DNA from: Lingula anatina
Taxonomy: Eukaryota; Animalia; Brachiopoda
Direction: 5' to 3'
DNA length: 64,000 nt
Assembly (NCBI GenBank): GCA_051362555.1
Contig: CM120643.1
Span: 5,270,001 to 5,334,000, forward strand
Shown here piece after piece: positions 63,501 to 64,000 of this stretch (position 1 is the first letter of the stretch; each line of letters opens with the position of its first letter). The translations under genes and the position numbers were made by a program. The notes beneath the pieces were generated by a model, which searched no databases, was not told where the DNA came from, and was given only the letters and a program-made list of their open reading frames with translations.

Positions 63501-64000
63501 ATACAAAACAAGCAAACAAACCAACCAACCAACACACTTTTATATCCCCCCAAGGGATTTTGCAATAACAAACATACAAATGGTTACAAGGACTAAACCT
63601 TTCTTGGAGTAAATTAAAAACTGGTGGTGATAAGATACAATAAGATGCTGATGATGAGCTTGAGGGAATTAAATCAATTGGTTGACAATGTCACCATACC
63701 TTACCTGAAATGTTCATCCAGGAACAAAGTGGCTGCATGGTAAACCCTGGGACAGGAGAACCTCTCTGCAAACTCCTGAACCCCCAGAACATTCTGGACA
63801 GAGATACACTGTTCCAAGTAGTCACAGCACAAATCCTTCAGGTCAGCCATCAGCAAAATATCTGCTGCCTGTAAGATATCCTGGATGTTCTCTTCATCCA
63901 TCATGATGACAGAGGTGTAGATGTAGTCCAGTATCTGTTCAAATATTTCTGGATCCATTTCATTGATGTCCACTGCTGTCCCCAACTGCTGGTAGCTGTA
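59735..64000 (-). CDS. GAN: gigaxonin (KLHL16) BTB-BACK-Kelch Cul3 adaptor; 3' part of gene, four exons in window
   Basis: RGYSEVLVAVGGE, KKIYVLGGGIMGKLYEAVECYDP, KERRF, GELDVG and IQDILQAADILLMADLK match recalled human gigaxonin (RGYSECIVTVGGE, KKIYAMGGGSYGKLFESVECYDP, KERRF, GDLDTG). Splice phases 2, 2, 1 are consistent. Confidence 0.88.
60773..60918 (-). CDS. GAN: GAN exon, Kelch repeat (WIPLKPLLAPRAGHSVVSA)
   Basis: TTGTAG| acceptor; G|GTAAGG donor; phase 2/1. Confidence 0.9.
61090..61443 (-). CDS. GAN: GAN exon, BACK domain to first Kelch strand
   Basis: TTTTAG| acceptor; EEFLQLS...NEETIFDCIIRW; GG|GTATGT donor; phase 2/2. Confidence 0.9.
62985..63050. repeat. near-perfect palindrome, 32-bp stem with 2-nt loop
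   Basis: aattttgcagattggcaatataatggtaatat-ag-atattaccattatattgccattctgcaaaatt, one mismatch. Confidence 0.92.
63705..64000 (-). CDS. GAN: GAN exon, BTB C-terminal part and BACK start (true start may be 63995 if TACAG at the window edge is the acceptor)
   Basis: ILDYIYTS...CCDYLE...NVLGV; AG|GTAAGG donor, phase 2. Confidence 0.88.

Overview
AT-rich animal genomic DNA with GT-AG introns and low CpG, so not prokaryotic. The repeat types suggest a lophotrochozoan, possibly a mollusc (inference). Most of the window (1-54889, +) is a 5'-truncated JARID2/Jumonji gene. I traced 21 coding exons by hand with consistent splice phases, about 1796 aa in-window. It has a long low-complexity N-terminus with a 2-kb exon, then JmjN, ARID, a catalytically dead JmjC (WSRD) and a C5HC2-like zinc finger. 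Its 22.2-kb intron (24014-46221) holds an antisense class A GPCR with an intronless CDS (36576-37709). The same intron holds a Penelope-like GIY-YIG relic whose 3' flank has a candidate minimal hammerhead ribozyme with a compensatory G3:C8 core. The 3' part of a gigaxonin (GAN/KLHL16) BTB-BACK-Kelch gene converges from the right (59735->64000, -). Introns carry HINE/Helentron-like elements with ~158-bp internal tandem repeats, three MITEs with visible TIRs and TSDs (TTA, TTAA, TTAGT), and mini- and microsatellites. I found no CRISPR array, rRNA or tRNA. Family assignments come from recalled motifs, not database searches.
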